From the NCBI GenBank assembly GCA_963777605.1, contig CAVZRV010000007.1, positions 1,087,914-1,151,913 on the forward strand: DNA of 64,000 bases, written 5' to 3'. A model generated the notes under the pieces. That model was not told the origin of the DNA. It did not search any database and was given only the letters and a program-made list of their open reading frames with translations. The DNA comes from an uncultured Acidobacteriota bacterium (lineage in GTDB: Bacteria > Acidobacteriota > UBA6911 > RPQK01 > JAPXNP01). Below, piece by piece: positions 19,750-33,910 of this stretch. Both the position numbers and the translations under genes were made by a program. The stretch's first letter is position 1, and every line of letters begins with the position of its first letter.

Positions 19750-22700
19750 ATGAAACAGACTCTCATCATCTCGTTGTTTCTCTCGTTGTTGCTCCTTCCA
19801 GCCGGGGACGTGGAGGCCTCCACTGAAATGCCGGCACTCCCGTTGAGGTTCGAAGCGTTGCCCAACGGTGACCTGGTCAGTCGGGGAACCGGGTTTAAGG
19901 TCCTCCTGCCCGCAGGCTCTCCTGAGGTTCGCCTGGTCCTTCCCGGTTCCGGGGCGGCGCCACTTACCATGGAACTGGGAGGAAGCGATGGAGTGACCGG
20001 ATTCGCCGGCGAGGAGCCGCTCCCCTTCAGGACCCACTATTTCAAGGGGGAGGCCCGTTCCGGCTGGCGGACGGATGTCGCCGCTTTTGGGAAGGCTCGG
20101 GCCCGATCGGTCTATCCGGGAGTAGACCTGGTCTTTTACGGTTCCGGCAGGGAACTCGAATTCGACTTTGAAATTTCTCCAGAAAGCGATCCCTCTCAAA
20201 TCGCTCTGGGCTGGAACGGGGCTGCATCGCTTTCCGTCGCTCCGACGGGCGACCTGGTTTTCAACTCGCCCGGCCGCGAGTTCCGACTCCGGGCTCCCCG
20301 CGCGTTCCAGCGCGTCGGCGGGGGAGAGCGCCCGGTGGCCTGCCGATTCGCTCTTCTGAACGACCGTTCGGTCAGGTTCGTGGTCGGTGACTACGACAGG
20401 GCGCTCCCTCTGGTCATCGATCCGGTGCTCAGCTTCTCCACTTACCTCGGGTGGGCCGAATCGGATTCCCTCAGCGGAATCGTGCAGGACTCGGGCGGCA
20501 ACTACTATGTGGCCGGTTGGACCGATTCGGTGGGATTGCCGACCGGTAGCGTGCTGCAGGACGAGAAGGGCGGGGGGAAGGACGTCTTCGTCGCCAAACT
20601 GACGCCGGCCCGGCAGCTTTCGTGGATCACCTATATTGGCGGGGCGAAAGACGACCTGGCGTCGGACATCCGACTCGATTCGAAGGGCGGGATCTACGTA
20701 GTTGGTTCGACCGGGTCAACCGACTTTCCCGTAACCGAGGGAGTCAAGCAGGGAACCTACGGCGGAGGCGTCTCTGACGGATTTCTGCTCGAACTGAACT
20801 CTTCGGGTTCTGAATTGACCCTGTCAACCTACCTGGGCGGGTCGGGCGAGGACATCGCCAATACCCTTTCGTTTGCTGCAGCCGGAGACATTCTGGTTAC
20901 CGGGTCCACCCGTTCGAGCAACTTCCCCGTGACCAGCGGTGTTTTCCAGTCAACCTTTTTCGGCGGCACCGACGCGTTTGTCTCCCGCCTCTCTCCCAAT
21001 GCGTCGAGCATGGTTTTTTCGACCTATTTCGGAGGGAGGAGCAACGACAACCCGGTCGCCATCCTGGAACAGGGAGACGGCCTGATTCTGAGCGTCGGAA
21101 CCACCAACTCGGCCGACCTCCGTCTCGAAAGACCGATCCAGGACAGCCTTGGTGGGAGCAGCGACATCTACATTTCCCTGATCCGTTCCGACGGGAAGGG
21201 GATGGAGTTTTCCACCTTCCTGGGCGGCCGCGGTGCCGACACGGCCTACGCGGCGGCAATCGACGACAGGGGTGCCGTTGTCGTCGGGGGCGAGACGAGC
21301 AGTGACAACTTCCCGCTCGTCGATCCGATCCAGCCGATTTACAAGGGCGGTACGGACATGTTCATCGCCCGGCTGGAAGTGGATCTCAGCGGGATTTCGA
21401 TGTCCACCTACCTGGGCGGCCGCGGCTATGACTCCCTTCGTGGACTGGGCCTGCTTTCGAACGGCCGGGTCTATCTCGGGGGTGTTTCGAACTCGACCGA
21501 TCTGCCGTTGACCGGGGCGACCGCGCTCGACCGGGGCAACGCCGAAGTGGTCGCCGCCGCCGTGGACCTCGACCGGTCCTGGTTGGCCTACTGCACCTAC
21601 CTGGGTGGTTCGGGGAACGAGATCCCCGGCGGAATCTCGCTCGGGCTGCAGGAGAGACTCCTGATTGCCGGGGCGACCAATTCTCTCGACTTTCCCTCGG
21701 TTGCCGGGTTCCAGGCTTCGTTCGGAGGAACCGGGATCGTTCGATCAACAACGGGTGGTCAGCAGTGGGCCGAGACCGGGAGCGGCATCCCGGATCCCAA
21801 CATCCAGGCGATCAAGGTCGTGAAAGGTTCTGTCTACGCCGGAACACTCTCGTCCGGCATATACGTCTCCAGGGATCAGGGCGGCACCTGGGAGGCGATC
21901 GGCCCGGAGGGCCGGGGCGTAATCTCTATCGCCGTGGATCCCAACGACAACGATGTCGTCTATGCGGGCACGACCAGTGCACTGATGCAGACCACGGATG
22001 GCGGGGCGACCTGGCAGACCCTCAGCGACGGGGACCGCCTCCCATTTACATCGTTTACCGCTCTTGCCTTCGACCCCAAGAACAGCAGCGTGGTCTACGC
22101 GGGCACTTCCCAGACCGGCCTGTTCAAGACCGACAACGGGGGAGCAAAGTGGGTCCGGCAGACCAGTAGTCTCGATGCGGCCGGAAATGCGATCTACAGC
22201 ATAGTCGTCGATCCGGTGGACACGGCAACACTCTACATTGGGACCGCCGGAAGCGTCTACAAGTACATCCCCAACCCCCCGTCCGGTGAAGGTCCCTGGA
22301 AGAAGATGAGCGTGATCAGTTCCGACGGCATCAGGGGCCTGGGCATTGACCCGGCCAATCCCCAGCGCCTTTACGCCGCCGTCTATGTTCCGTCGGGTCC
22401 TCAGCCGGGCTACTACGTGGCGAGAACGGAGGATGCGGGAACGAACTGGAGAACTTCGGCCAATACCCTTCCGGCGGCGATCACCGGGCTGGCCGTCAGC
22501 CCGTCGGATCTGACCGTGATTTTCGCTGCCACCAATGGGGAGGGGATTTTCAAGAGCACCGACAGCGGCGAGTCGTGGAACGGGTTGAACCAGAACCTTG
22601 ATGTCCGGAAAGTCCTCACCTTCGCCGTGGACCCGCAGAGCGCCTCCCGGATGTACGCCGGCTACCAGAGCAGTTCCGACGGTTTCATGGCAGAACTGAA

Positions 22701-24184
22701 GCCGGTCAACCAGTTTTACTTCCCGCAGATCGCGGACGGCGTGCAGGTGCAGGGCCGGATCAAGTTCCAGACCGCTTTCGCGTTCGTCAATACCGGAGAC
22801 GACACCACGATCCGGATGGAGTTCTTCGACTCGGACGGGAAGCCTCTGGCGATCGCGGTCGGGTCGAACCCCCCTGCAGCCGAACTCGAGATTCCGGTCC
22901 AGGCCGGGGGTGCCTACTACGCCCAGACGCCGGCCGATCCCGGACTGCGGGTCGGCTACGCCCGGGTCACCGCGGGTCCGGGTGTTGACGGGACCGCTAT
23001 CTTCACGCGGACCGACAACTACTCGAAGATACCCCTTTACGAGGCGGGAGTCCCGGCTACCCGGGCCGCCGGCGATTTCGTCTTCCTGCTCGATTCACTG
23101 GGCGATCGGGATACCGGCATCGCCCTGGTCAACACCGCCGAGGGGCTTCCTGACGAGGAGGATCCTTCTACGATCGAGCTCTCTCTTCGGGATTCGGATG
23201 GATACCTGATTGAGGAAACCACGGTCAGCCTCGCCCGAGGGCACCACCTCGCGAAGTTTATCGGCGAGTTGTTCCCGTCGGTGGCCGCTCAGGTTTCGGA
23301 ACTGCGGGGCGTGATCACGGTCAAGTGCCCGGTTCCGGTCGCGGCCCTGACGCTGCGTCAGCGCGATAAGCCACTGGTGGAGTATCCGAACGAAGTGGCG
23401 TCGCTGACACCGTTTCCGGTCATGGCGCCGAGCAACCTGGGTTCTACGCTTTACTTCCCCCAGGTGGCTGACGGCCTCTTCGGGTCGGGTCTGACCCAGA
23501 GCGACCAGTTCCAGACCACCTTCTTCATCGCCAATCCCGGATCGGGAGGCTTCTCGACCAGCTTCGCGCTGGAGTTCTTCAATTCGGAAGGGCAACCGAT
23601 GTCTCTTGAGCTGGGCAGCGGGCCGGCGGTCAGCAAGGTCACCGGCAGCCTCGCCCCGGGCCGGTTCAGGGTTTTTGAAACCACCGGCACCGGCAACTCC
23701 GCAGATCGGTTACGCTCGCTTGACCGCGTCCAGTCCGGTGATTGGGGGTACGGCCGTGTTCACCCAACTCTCTCACAACCTGACCATGTTCGAGGCGGGG
23801 GTCGCCGCGACCCTGCCGAGGCGCAAGTTCAGCGTTTTTCTCGATTCGATCGGAGACCACGACACCGGCCTGGCACTGGTGAATACCTCCACGGAAGCTG
23901 CCGAAATCACGGTGCGCCTCTATGACATGGACACCAACCTGGTCTACGAAAAGACCCTCGATCCGCTGGAGCCCGGGCAGCACCTTCCGCAGTTCATCTT
24001 CCAGATGCTCCCGGAGGTTGCGGCCCAGGCATCGGAAATGCGGGGAGTCGTGACGGTGGAGAGCACCCAGCCCCTGGCCGCGGTCACCCTGCGGCAGAAG
24101 AACAAGGTTGGAGTGGAGTTCCCGACGGAAGTGCCGACGCTGACGACCTTCCCGGTCATCGCCGGGTTTGCCCCGATCGAGTAG
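19750..24184 (+). CDS. Large secreted SBBP-repeat/BNR beta-propeller protein with four C-terminal modules; frameshift near 23700
   Basis: Signal peptide; VYPGVDLVFYG...LEFDF and YDRALPLVIDP; repeated STYLGG/G.T.S.DFP; S.D.G.TW BNR repeats; YFPQ(I/V)ADG and DTG(I/L)ALVN modules; continues in the 23606..24184 frame. Confidence 0.85.
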
Positions 24185-24407
24185 GGTTCCGAGGTTCCGA
24201 GTGGAAAGAGTTCGTCCAGTCGGACGGTTCCGGTGTGGGACAGGCCGTCCGGCGCAGGCGTGTCTCTGGGGCAAAGTCCTCTTCGGCACGCCGTTTCTGG
24301 TTCCTTGCCCCGGGTAGCGAGATTTCCCGTCTCACGGTTGCCTATCTCAAATTCCACCTTCACAATCGGCGCGAAATAGGCCATCCTTATCGCCGGGGGG
24401 GCGAGGA

Positions 24408-24836
24408 TTGAAGGGTGTGATGCGTGTTGAGAGCAAACTGGGCAAGGTGATCATTCGGACCCGGGACAAGCGGGTCTTTCGGGGATTCTCCAAATCTGAT
24501 CTGATCAACGATCAGGTCAACCTCATCGATGCCAAGGGAAATCAGCAAGGCTTCGAACTGGACGAGTTGAAGGCAGTCTTCTTCGTCAAGGACTTCGACG
24601 GAGATCCTTCCTACCGCCCGGTCCGGTTTGTCAGGGGAAGCACCGTACCCCCATGGTTATGGGCCCAGGCTACCTTCTTCGACGGTGAAGTCATCGAGGG
24701 AAGGGTGCGCAACGAGATGAGCTTGTTCGACCCGCGGGGGATCTTCCTCTGGCTCTCCGACGAAGAGGCCAACAATGAAGTCGCCTTCGTGGTTCGATCC
24801 GCCCTGCGCGACTTTAGAATCGTCGGAATTGCCTGA
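24408..24836 (+). CDS. DUF6982-like hypothetical protein
   Basis: KVIIRT.D.RVFRG, LKAVFFVKDFDG, F.DGEVIEG pattern recalled from this family; start could be 24420. Confidence 0.65.
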   Translation: MKGVMRVESKLGKVIIRTRDKRVFRGFSKSDLINDQVNLIDAKGNQQGFELDELKAVFFVKDFDGDPSYRPVRFVRGSTVPPWLWAQATFFDGEVIEGRVRNEMSLFDPRGIFLWLSDEEANNEVAFVVRSALRDFRIVGIA

Positions 24837-24941
24837 TCCCTCAAATTCGAAAGCCGAAAACAGTGCTCCGCCCTGACGGAAGGTTGTTGCTCCGAGAAAT
24901 GCGAGGACAGCTGTCCCACCCGGAACCCGGAACCCCGAAAC

Positions 24942-26342
<1,401 letters not shown>

Positions 26343-26491
26343 TCCGCTCCCTCCCAGAAACCACCGCCAACAAAAGCTCCAGTCTAGATTTACATTGAAT
26401 TTGCTGTCAAGAAGGTAGTGGGAGCGGCAGAGGCGGTTTCTGGTTTTCTGGTTTCTGGTTTGACGTGTCTCGTCGGGATTCGGGAACCGCA

Positions 26492-26547
26492 AGGTAATCC
26501 AGGCAGCCCTGCCTGGAATGGCGCGCCAGGCAGCTTGCCTGGCGACA
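26492..26547. repeat. REP-like family C (GTAATCCAGGCAGC..TGCCTGG); also at ~52100-52125 and ~59478-59531
   Basis: Paired CCAGGCAG-n-TGCCTGG hairpins repeated at three intergenic sites. Confidence 0.75.
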
Positions 26548-27004
26548 GTCGACATCTACTCTCTACAATTCTAAATTTGTGATTGGGAAGCGAAATTCTT
26601 GAGGTGCACCGTTCGCCCATGTCGTTCCGCGGGGGGCCCAGGACTCGAGACAATGAACGAGAACCGGGCAACTCAGAACGTCGAATTGCGGACATTCGAA
26701 GTCGGGAATCCCGAACAGCGAACCCGAATGCCGAAGTTGAAGTGTGAAACCGAAATACGAAGTGCAAACTGGATGTCCGGATGAGAGGCAACGGAAGCTT
26801 TCGCTTCCTGATGGTGATCGAACCGTGCCGTGTCCGCAAAAGCGGAAGCTGCCGCTTCCGACACTCCAGATTGAGGTGCCGGCTGACCCGAAACGTTGAA
26901 CTTTGAACGAGGAACCAGGACACTCCCTGCCCGCTTCCCGCTTCCCGCCCTCCGCTTGACTTTCTCTCCCGCTGCGCCATGATCAGGGGACAGGGAGGCA
27001 CACC

Positions 27005-28225
27005 ATGCAGGAAGAACGGAGCCAGGTCAGTCGGAGAAACTTTTTCAAGGCGACGGCGGGCAGTGCTGTCGGCCTCAGCATCATGTCGTCCCGGACCGCG
27101 TTCGGGTCACAGGCCAACTCCAAGGTCACCATCGGAATGACCGGGTGTGGCGGCCGGGGAAACTTCGTGGCCGAGCGATTCGAGAAGCACAGCAACTCGA
27201 AGATCGTTGCACTTCACGACTACTTTGCCGACCGGGTCAACCGGACCGGTGACAAGTTTCAGGTCGATCCGAGCCGCCGCTATGTCGGGCTCGATGGATT
27301 CCGGGAGTTGCCGGCGTCCGACGTTGATGTCATCGCCGTCATGAGTCCTCCCACTTTTCATCCCGACCAGATCGTGTCCGGCATCGAAGCAGGCAAGCAT
27401 GTCTACATGGCCAAGCCGCTGGCGGTGGATGTGCCGGGGTGCCGGAAGATCCTGGAAGCCGCTCGCAAGGTGAAAGGAAAGCAGAGTCTTCTGGTCGACT
27501 TCCAGACTCGCAATCACCCGCTTTTCCGGGAGGCGGCTTCCCGGGTGCACCGTGGTGACATCGGGTTTCCCGTCCTTGGGCAGGTCTACTACCAGGCCGG
27601 CCGGCTGACTCCCCAGGCCCAGGGGCACTCTTCGATGGCGCGCCTGCGCAACTGGGTGTTCGATATCGCCCTCTCGGGCGACATCATCGTGGAGCAGAAT
27701 ATCCACGTGATCGACGTAGCCAACTGGTACACGAAGGCCCAGCCCTACAAGGCGCAGGGAACCGGGGGCCGCAAGGCCCGGACCGATGTAGGGGACTGCT
27801 GGGATCACTTTGTGGCCACGTTCTGGTATCCCGATGGAGTCTTGGCCAACTTCAGTTCGGGGCAGTACCTGAAGGGGTATGACGACCTCTGCATCCGCTT
27901 TTTCGGCTCGGAGGGAACGGTCGATTCTCACTACGGCGGGCCCGTCAAGATCACCGGGGACCATCCCTGGGAGGGCGGTTCGACCGAGGGGATCTACAAC
28001 GACGGAACAGTCAACAATATCAAGGATTTCCACGCCTCTGTTGCGGAAGGAAAACCGCTCTACGACACCGTCGAGGAGAGCATTCACAGCAACCTGACGG
28101 CGATCCTCGGCCGTATGGCGGCCTACAGCGGAGAACCGGTCACCTGGGACGAAATGTATCGTTCCACCGAGGTCCTGGAACCAAACCTGGACCTGCCTCC
28201 CGACGGCCCGAGCTGGAAACCATGA
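27005..28225 (+). CDS. Tat-exported Gfo/Idh/MocA oxidoreductase
   Basis: SRRNFFK twin-arginine signal, GCGGRG, AGKHVYMAKP, EQNIHVID. Confidence 0.9.
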   Translation: MQEERSQVSRRNFFKATAGSAVGLSIMSSRTAFGSQANSKVTIGMTGCGGRGNFVAERFEKHSNSKIVALHDYFADRVNRTGDKFQVDPSRRYVGLDGFRELPASDVDVIAVMSPPTFHPDQIVSGIEAGKHVYMAKPLAVDVPGCRKILEAARKVKGKQSLLVDFQTRNHPLFREAASRVHRGDIGFPVLGQVYYQAGRLTPQAQGHSSMARLRNWVFDIALSGDIIVEQNIHVIDVANWYTKAQPYKAQGTGGRKARTDVGDCWDHFVATFWYPDGVLANFSSGQYLKGYDDLCIRFFGSEGTVDSHYGGPVKITGDHPWEGGSTEGIYNDGTVNNIKDFHASVAEGKPLYDTVEESIHSNLTAILGRMAAYSGEPVTWDEMYRSTEVLEPNLDLPPDGPSWKP

Positions 28226-28515
28226 AGCATCTGTGATTTCTGACTTGAAACTTCACCTGAAGCTTGGACCCTGGGTCCATTTGAAACGTGGAATGGCACG
28301 GACACAGAGCCGGGGGTAAGGCGAAGCCGCGCCCCCGGGTTCGCGGACCCAGTTCACTCTCTGAATGATCCAGCGCCCGGGCCGTTGGCACTCCTTCCGG
28401 TGGCTACTGGACGTCCGGAGTAGCGCTCGTTCCTCTCGCGTTCAGAAATGCAGGCCCATGGTCCTGTCGAAAACTTGTCACGTTGATCATCGAACGCGGA
28501 ACGAGGACACTCTTA

Positions 28516-28568
28516 CCCGCTTCCCGCTTCCCGCTTCCCGCTTCCCGCTTCCCGCTTCCCGCTTCCCG
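28516..28568 (+). repeat. (CCCGCTT)n heptamer array, about seven copies, directly upstream of the putative extended -10 of metH
   Basis: Direct reading; TGcTAAAAT at 28574-28582. Confidence 0.9.
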
Positions 28569-28611
28569 TCTCCTGCTAAAATGATCCTTTTCACAGCAAC
28601 GCCAGGCGACT

Positions 28612-31600
28612 ATGACCGACCGGGAACGACTCCTTCGACAGCAACTGGGACAGCGAATCCTCGTCCTCGACGGTGCCATGGGGACGATGATCCAGTCTTA
28701 CCGGCTCGGCGAGGCCGAGTACCGCGGGACGCGGTTCGCTGAACACGCGGTTGACCTGAAGGGGAACAACGACCTTCTCAGCCTTACCCAGCCCCGGGTG
28801 ATTCGGGAGATCCACGACAAGTACCTGGCGGCCGGTGCCGACATTATCGAGACCAACACGTTCAACGGCACGGCGATCTCTCAGTCCGACTACCGGCTCG
28901 AGGCCCTGGCCTACGAAATCAACCTGGCCGCGGCGCAACTGGCCCGTGAAGCTGCGGACGCCTGCACCGCGCAAGATCCCAACCGGCCTCGCTTCGTGGC
29001 GGGAGCATTGGGACCGACCAACCGAACTGCCTCGATTTCCCCCGACGTCAACGACCCGGGTGCCCGCAACATTACGTTCCGTGAATTGGTCGAGGCTTAC
29101 CAGGAAGCTGCGCGGGGCTTGGCCGACGGTGGTGCCGACCTCCTCATGATCGAAACCATCTTCGACACTCTGAACGCCAAAGCCGCCATTTTCGCGGTAG
29201 AGAGTTGTTTCGAGGAGACCGGGGTGCGGCTTCCGGTCATTATTTCCGGCACTATCACGGACGCCAGCGGGCGGACGCTTTCGGGCCAGACCACGGAAGC
29301 CTTCTGGAATTCGATCCGTCACGCCCGCCCGCTGGCGGCCGGACTCAACTGCGCGCTTGGTGCTGGAGAACTGCGGCCCTACATTCAGGAGTTCTCCCGG
29401 ATTGCCGACGTCAACATTTCGGTCTATCCCAACGCCGGATTGCCGAACGAGTTCGGGGGTTACGACCAGAGCCCGGACCAGATGGCCCGCCACCTCGAGG
29501 AATTCGCCCGGGCCGGCTTCGTCAACCTGGTCGGGGGCTGCTGTGGGACGACGCCGGACCACATTCGGGCTATCCACGACCGGGTTAGCACCATTCCACC
29601 TCGAACCGTTCCCCGGATCGAACCGCGCTGCCGTCTCAGCGGACTCGAGCCCCTGAACATCGGCCCCGACACGATGTTCGTCAACATCGGGGAGCGAACC
29701 AACGTGACCGGATCGAGGAAGTTCGCCCGCCTGATCAAGGAAGAGGACTACGAGGTGGCACTGGACGTTGCCCGCCAGCAGGTCGAGAACGGGGCCCAGA
29801 TGATCGACGTCAACATGGACGAGGGGATGCTCGATTCGAAGGCGGCGATGGTGCGTTTCCTCAACCTGATCTCTTCGGAGCCCGACATCTGCCGCGTGCC
29901 GGTCATGCTGGATTCCTCCCGCTGGGAGGTAATCGAGGCCGGCCTGCGCTGCCTGCAGGGCCGCTCGGTGGTCAATTCGATCAGTTTAAAGGAAGGCGAG
30001 GAAGAGTTCCTCCGCCACGCCCGGTTGGCCCTGAAGTACGGGGCTGCCGTGATCGTGATGGCGTTTGACGAAACGGGGCAGGCCGATACCCGGGACCGCC
30101 GGATCGAAGTCTGCCGGCGGGCTTATCAGCTCTTGACCGAACGGATCGGTTTCCCCGCCGAGGACATCATTTTCGATCCGAACATTTTCGCGGTTGCTAC
30201 CGGGATCGAGGAACATCAGAACTACGCCGTCGATTTTCTGGAGGCAACCCGCGAAATCAAGCGCGCGCTTCCCCACGCCCGGATCAGCGGCGGACTGAGC
30301 AACCTCTCCTTCTCGTTCCGGGGCAACGACCCGGTGCGGGAGGCGATGCACTCGGTGTTTCTCTACCACGCGATTCAGGCCGGACTGGACATGGCCATCG
30401 TCAACGCCGGTCAGTTGGCGGTCTATGAAGACATCGAGCCGGTACTGCGGGAACGGGTCGAAGACGCCATCCTGAATCGCCGCCCCGACGCGACGGAGCG
30501 GTTGCTCGAAATCGCCGCCAACTACTCGGTTCGCGAGAAGAAAGAAGAGGAAGAGCAGGAGTGGCGGAGCCGGCCGGTGGGCGAGCGGTTGACCTATGCC
30601 CTGGTTCACGGGAATCCCGACTTTATTGAGGCCGACACCGAGCAGGCCCGCAAGGAGTTCGATCGGGCCATCCAGGTCATCGAAGGTCCGCTCATGGACG
30701 GCATGAACGTCGTCGGAGACCTTTTCGGAGCGGGCAAGATGTTTCTCCCCCAGGTCGTCAAGAGTGCCCGCGTCATGAAGCGTGCGGTGGCCTACCTGAT
30801 TCCTTTCGTCGAAGCGGAACAGTCCGAGACGGGAGTCCACAAGTCCAAGGGGAAGATCCTTCTGGCGACGGTCAAAGGGGACGTCCACGACATCGGGAAG
30901 AACATCGTGGGCGTAGTGCTCCGCTGCAACAATTACGATGTCATCGACTTGGGGGTCATGGTGCCGGCCTCCCGGATCCTCGAGGCCGCCCGCAGGGAAC
31001 AGGCGGACATCATCGGTCTGAGCGGGCTGATCACTCCGTCGCTGGACGAGATGTGCACGGTGGCCTCCGAGATGGAGCGGCAGGGGTTCCAGATTCCTCT
31101 GCTGATCGGAGGCGCAACGACCTCGTTGGCCCACACCGCGGTGAAGATCGCTCCCAACTATTCGGGGCCGGCCGTCTATGTGACCGACGCATCCAGGGGA
31201 GTGACGGCCGCCTCCAGCCTCCTCGGGGAGAACCCGCAGGCATTCATCCAGAAGACGGCCACCGATTACGAGGAACTCCGCCGGCGTCACGCGGGACGAA
31301 CCCGGAGCACCGAGTTTGTCTCCCTGGACGAGGCCCGCGCCAACCGGATCGACCTGGATTGGGAGTCCTACGTTCCCCCTGCCCCGGCTCACATCGGCGT
31401 GCGTGAGTGGGACGACTTTCCTCTCGCCGAGTTGGCCCGGTACGTCGACTGGAGCCCCTTCTTCAAGACCTGGGAGTTGCAGGGAAAGTACCCGGCGATC
31501 CTGGAGGACCCGGTGGTCGGCCAAGAGGCGTCGACGGTGCTGGCCGATGCCCGGGCGCTGCTCGATCGCATGATCCGGGAACGGCTCCTGCAGGCGCGTG

Positions 31601-32286
31601 GGGTTGCCGCTCTCTACCCGGCCAACTCAGTCGGAGACGATGTCGAGATCTACCGGGATGAGAAACGTCGCGGAATCCTGGGAGTGTTTCACTTCCTCCG
31701 CCAGCAGACTCGCAAGGGCGAGGGACGGCCCAATCGCTGTCTGGCCGACTTCATCGCTCCCCGCGACTCGGGAAAGATTGATTTTCTGGGCTTCTTCGCA
31801 GTGACGGCGGGACACGGCATTGACCAGGTCGTCGCCGGGTTCGAGTCGGAGTATGACGACTACGGAGCAATCATGGCAAAGGCGCTGGCGGACCGTTTGG
31901 CGGAAGCATTTGCCGAGCGCCTTCATGAACTCGTGCGGCACGAAGTCTGGGGCTATGCCCCGGAGGAAGGGTTGGAAAGCCAGGACTTGATTCGGGAACG
32001 TTACCGGGGAATCCGGCCTGCGCCCGGCTACCCGGCGTGCCCCGATCACACCGAAAAGGGTCCCCTGTTCCGCCTGCTCGACGCCCCCGGGCGGGCCGGA
32101 ATCCGGCTCACCGAAACCTATGCCATGGCGCCCGGCGCGTCGGTCAGCGGATTCTACTTCGCGCACCCGGAATCGTCCTATTTCGGTGTCGGCAAGATCG
32201 ACCGCGACCAGCTCGAAGACTACGCCCGCCGAAAAGGAATGGGAGTCCGGGAAGCCGAAAAATGGCTAAAGCCGAATTTGGAATAG
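28612..32286 (+). CDS. metH: Cobalamin-dependent methionine synthase
   Basis: [64 protein letters not shown]. Confidence 0.98.
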   Translation: MTDRERLLRQQLGQRILVLDGAMGTMIQSYRLGEAEYRGTRFAEHAVDLKGNNDLLSLTQPRVIREIHDKYLAAGADIIETNTFNGTAISQSDYRLEALAYEINLAAAQLAREAADACTAQDPNRPRFVAGALGPTNRTASISPDVNDPGARNITFRELVEAYQEAARGLADGGADLLMIETIFDTLNAKAAIFAVESCFEETGVRLPVIISGTITDASGRTLSGQTTEAFWNSIRHARPLAAGLNCALGAGELRPYIQEFSRIADVNISVYPNAGLPNEFGGYDQSPDQMARHLEEFARAGFVNLVGGCCGTTPDHIRAIHDRVSTIPPRTVPRIEPRCRLSGLEPLNIGPDTMFVNIGERTNVTGSRKFARLIKEEDYEVALDVARQQVENGAQMIDVNMDEGMLDSKAAMVRFLNLISSEPDICRVPVMLDSSRWEVIEAGLRCLQGRSVVNSISLKEGEEEFLRHARLALKYGAAVIVMAFDETGQADTRDRRIEVCRRAYQLLTERIGFPAEDIIFDPNIFAVATGIEEHQNYAVDFLEATREIKRALPHARISGGLSNLSFSFRGNDPVREAMHSVFLYHAIQAGLDMAIVNAGQLAVYEDIEPVLRERVEDAILNRRPDATERLLEIAANYSVREKKEEEEQEWRSRPVGERLTYALVHGNPDFIEADTEQARKEFDRAIQVIEGPLMDGMNVVGDLFGAGKMFLPQVVKSARVMKRAVAYLIPFVEAEQSETGVHKSKGKILLATVKGDVHDIGKNIVGVVLRCNNYDVIDLGVMVPASRILEAARREQADIIGLSGLITPSLDEMCTVASEMERQGFQIPLLIGGATTSLAHTAVKIAPNYSGPAVYVTDASRGVTAASSLLGENPQAFIQKTATDYEELRRRHAGRTRSTEFVSLDEARANRIDLDWESYVPPAPAHIGVREWDDFPLAELARYVDWSPFFKTWELQGKYPAILEDPVVGQEASTVLADARALLDRMIRERLLQARGVAALYPANSVGDDVEIYRDEKRRGILGVFHFLRQQTRKGEGRPNRCLADFIAPRDSGKIDFLGFFAVTAGHGIDQVVAGFESEYDDYGAIMAKALADRLAEAFAERLHELVRHEVWGYAPEEGLESQDLIRERYRGIRPAPGYPACPDHTEKGPLFRLLDAPGRAGIRLTETYAMAPGASVSGFYFAHPESSYFGVGKIDRDQLEDYARRKGMGVREAEKWLKPNLE

Positions 32287-32321
32287 AAGGCAGAAGACAG
32301 AAGACCGGAGACAGCTGCATT

Positions 32322-32911
32322 TTACGATTTTGCGTGATTTCTGTGGGTGGCTGCCGAGTAGCGGTCCAGGAGTGCGGCAACTTGGTCAGCTAGGGATTCA
32401 AGTGAAGCGCACTCAGCGTATTCTAAGTCAGTAGGGCCCCCGGCGGCGCCGGACCATTCAGAGAGTGAAACTTGTACCCGGCGCCTTGTTTTCAGCTCAA
32501 GGCTTGCCCTGGGTCCGGGGTCCCGGCACCGTGATTGCGGCCTGTAGGATCGCGCCGGATTCCTCTCCACCGGAGAGGTGTCCAGCCCCTACAGGGCTGG
32601 ATTCTTGGTGGGGTGGACCGTGCCCCCAGGCAAATGCCCGGGCTGAAAACAGGCCCCCTTCAGGGGCCGGTCCGACGCCGATCCCAAGATCATCACCCTT
32701 TCACGTCTGGCACCTGACCCGGAGCCAGGATCCAGCCGAGAGCCACGGATTCTGAGTTCCACCGATCGCCCGAATCTCCGTCCAGACGCATCCAATTCGT
32801 CCAGGCCTTCTTGGGGAAATCCCGGGTGACCGAATAGACTTCCAGGACCAGGTTGTGGGCTTTTCTCCAAACCGCGAGATCTCGGAACGAACGTGCGTTT
32901 TCTTTTTCCAT
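32322..32911 (-). pseudogene. Disrupted four-helix-bundle (23S rRNA IVP-like) gene
   Basis: N-terminus SFRDLAVWRKAHNLVLEVYSVTRDFPK at 32911-32810; probable C-terminus DLEY...ADQVAALL at ~32430-32322; middle occupied by a REP module. Confidence 0.7.
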
Positions 32912-33022
32912 CTCACCTAATAACAACGTTCGTGCCGACAAATCTGCGAGACTTTTCGCGAAATTTCCTGCAAAACCCGCAGAACTTCCGACGTTTTCCT
33001 CCTGTCTCCCGTCTCCTGTCCC

Positions 33023-33862
33023 TCACCTTAACGCCTCCTCCAACGCTGTGGCGGCGTTTGTTCGGTCGTCCCGGTACTTGACGATCAGGGCGCAGGCGGC
33101 GTGGAGGCCGTTGTCGCGGGCAAAGGGGTTCCGCGTGACCGGGCGTGAGCCGGGGATCACGACGGCGTTTTCAGGGATTGTGAGCGGCCGGCCCGGTTCG
33201 GCTTTGAGGATCTGCTCGTGGACCAGGTCGTAAACCGGAATCGATGAGGTGAGGATGGTTCCCGCCCCCAGGACCGCCCGACGCTTGACCACGGTTCCTT
33301 CGTAGATGCCGCAGTTTCCGCCCACCATTACGTCGTCTTCAATAACGACCGGCACGGCTCCCACCGGCTCGAGCACTCCTCCGACCTGGGCGGCGGCGCT
33401 CAGGTGAACGCGGGCTCCGATCTGGGCACAGGATCCGACCAGCGCGTGGGAATCGATCATGGTGTCGGCTCCGACGTAACTCCCCACGTTGATGTAGGCG
33501 GGAGGCATGATGACAACACCCGGCGCCAGGTAACTTCCCGTCCTCGCACTGGTCCCTCCCGGCACGATCCGGACCGCTTCCGCGAGGCGAGTGGGGCGAA
33601 GCGGGTAGGTGTCCTTGTCGAAGTAACGGAAGTCGCCGCCCTGGGGATATTCGGTGAGATTGCCGTGCCGAAAGCCGAGAAGGATCCCCTTTTTCACCCA
33701 CGTGTTGGCCGTCCAGGTCCCGTCCCGCAGTTCAGCCGAACGGATCTCTCCACAGGTCAGCTGCGCAATGAAAATCGGAAACCACTCGTCAAAGTCGGCC
33801 GGTCGTTCCCGACCGGCGTCAAACGCCGCTTCAACCCGTTCTCGCAATACCCTTGCATTCAT
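33023..33862 (-). CDS. dapD: Tetrahydrodipicolinate N-succinyltransferase
   Basis: WVKKGILL.FR, YFDK, RIVP, TMIDSHALVGSCAQIG, GGVLEP. Confidence 0.95.
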   Translation of the reverse strand: MNARVLRERVEAAFDAGRERPADFDEWFPIFIAQLTCGEIRSAELRDGTWTANTWVKKGILLGFRHGNLTEYPQGGDFRYFDKDTYPLRPTRLAEAVRIVPGGTSARTGSYLAPGVVIMPPAYINVGSYVGADTMIDSHALVGSCAQIGARVHLSAAAQVGGVLEPVGAVPVVIEDDVMVGGNCGIYEGTVVKRRAVLGAGTILTSSIPVYDLVHEQILKAEPGRPLTIPENAVVIPGSRPVTRNPFARDNGLHAACALIVKYRDDRTNAATALEEALR

Positions 33863-33910
33863 ATGTCGACTCTCCGATAAGAATGGCCTTGGTCAAATTT
33901 CGTGGGACAC

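Noticed and set aside
24284-24298. Sigma54-like CGGCACGCCGTTTCT upstream of the DUF6982-like gene
   Set aside because: The -12 GC is missing; possible but not supportable
28226-28611. SAM or cobalamin riboswitch upstream of metH
   Set aside because: No recognisable core motifs; region is repeats, and the likely -10 lies only ~30 nt from the ATG
29986-31524. 512 aa minus-strand ORF, and similar ORFs at 43285..44556, 49683..51467 and 58083..59288
   Set aside because: Antisense shadows of well-supported genes
32322-32911. Diversity-generating retroelement, suggested by an Avd-like fold gene and near-identical repeats
   Set aside because: No reverse transcriptase; the repeats are intergenic and differences are not adenine-specific
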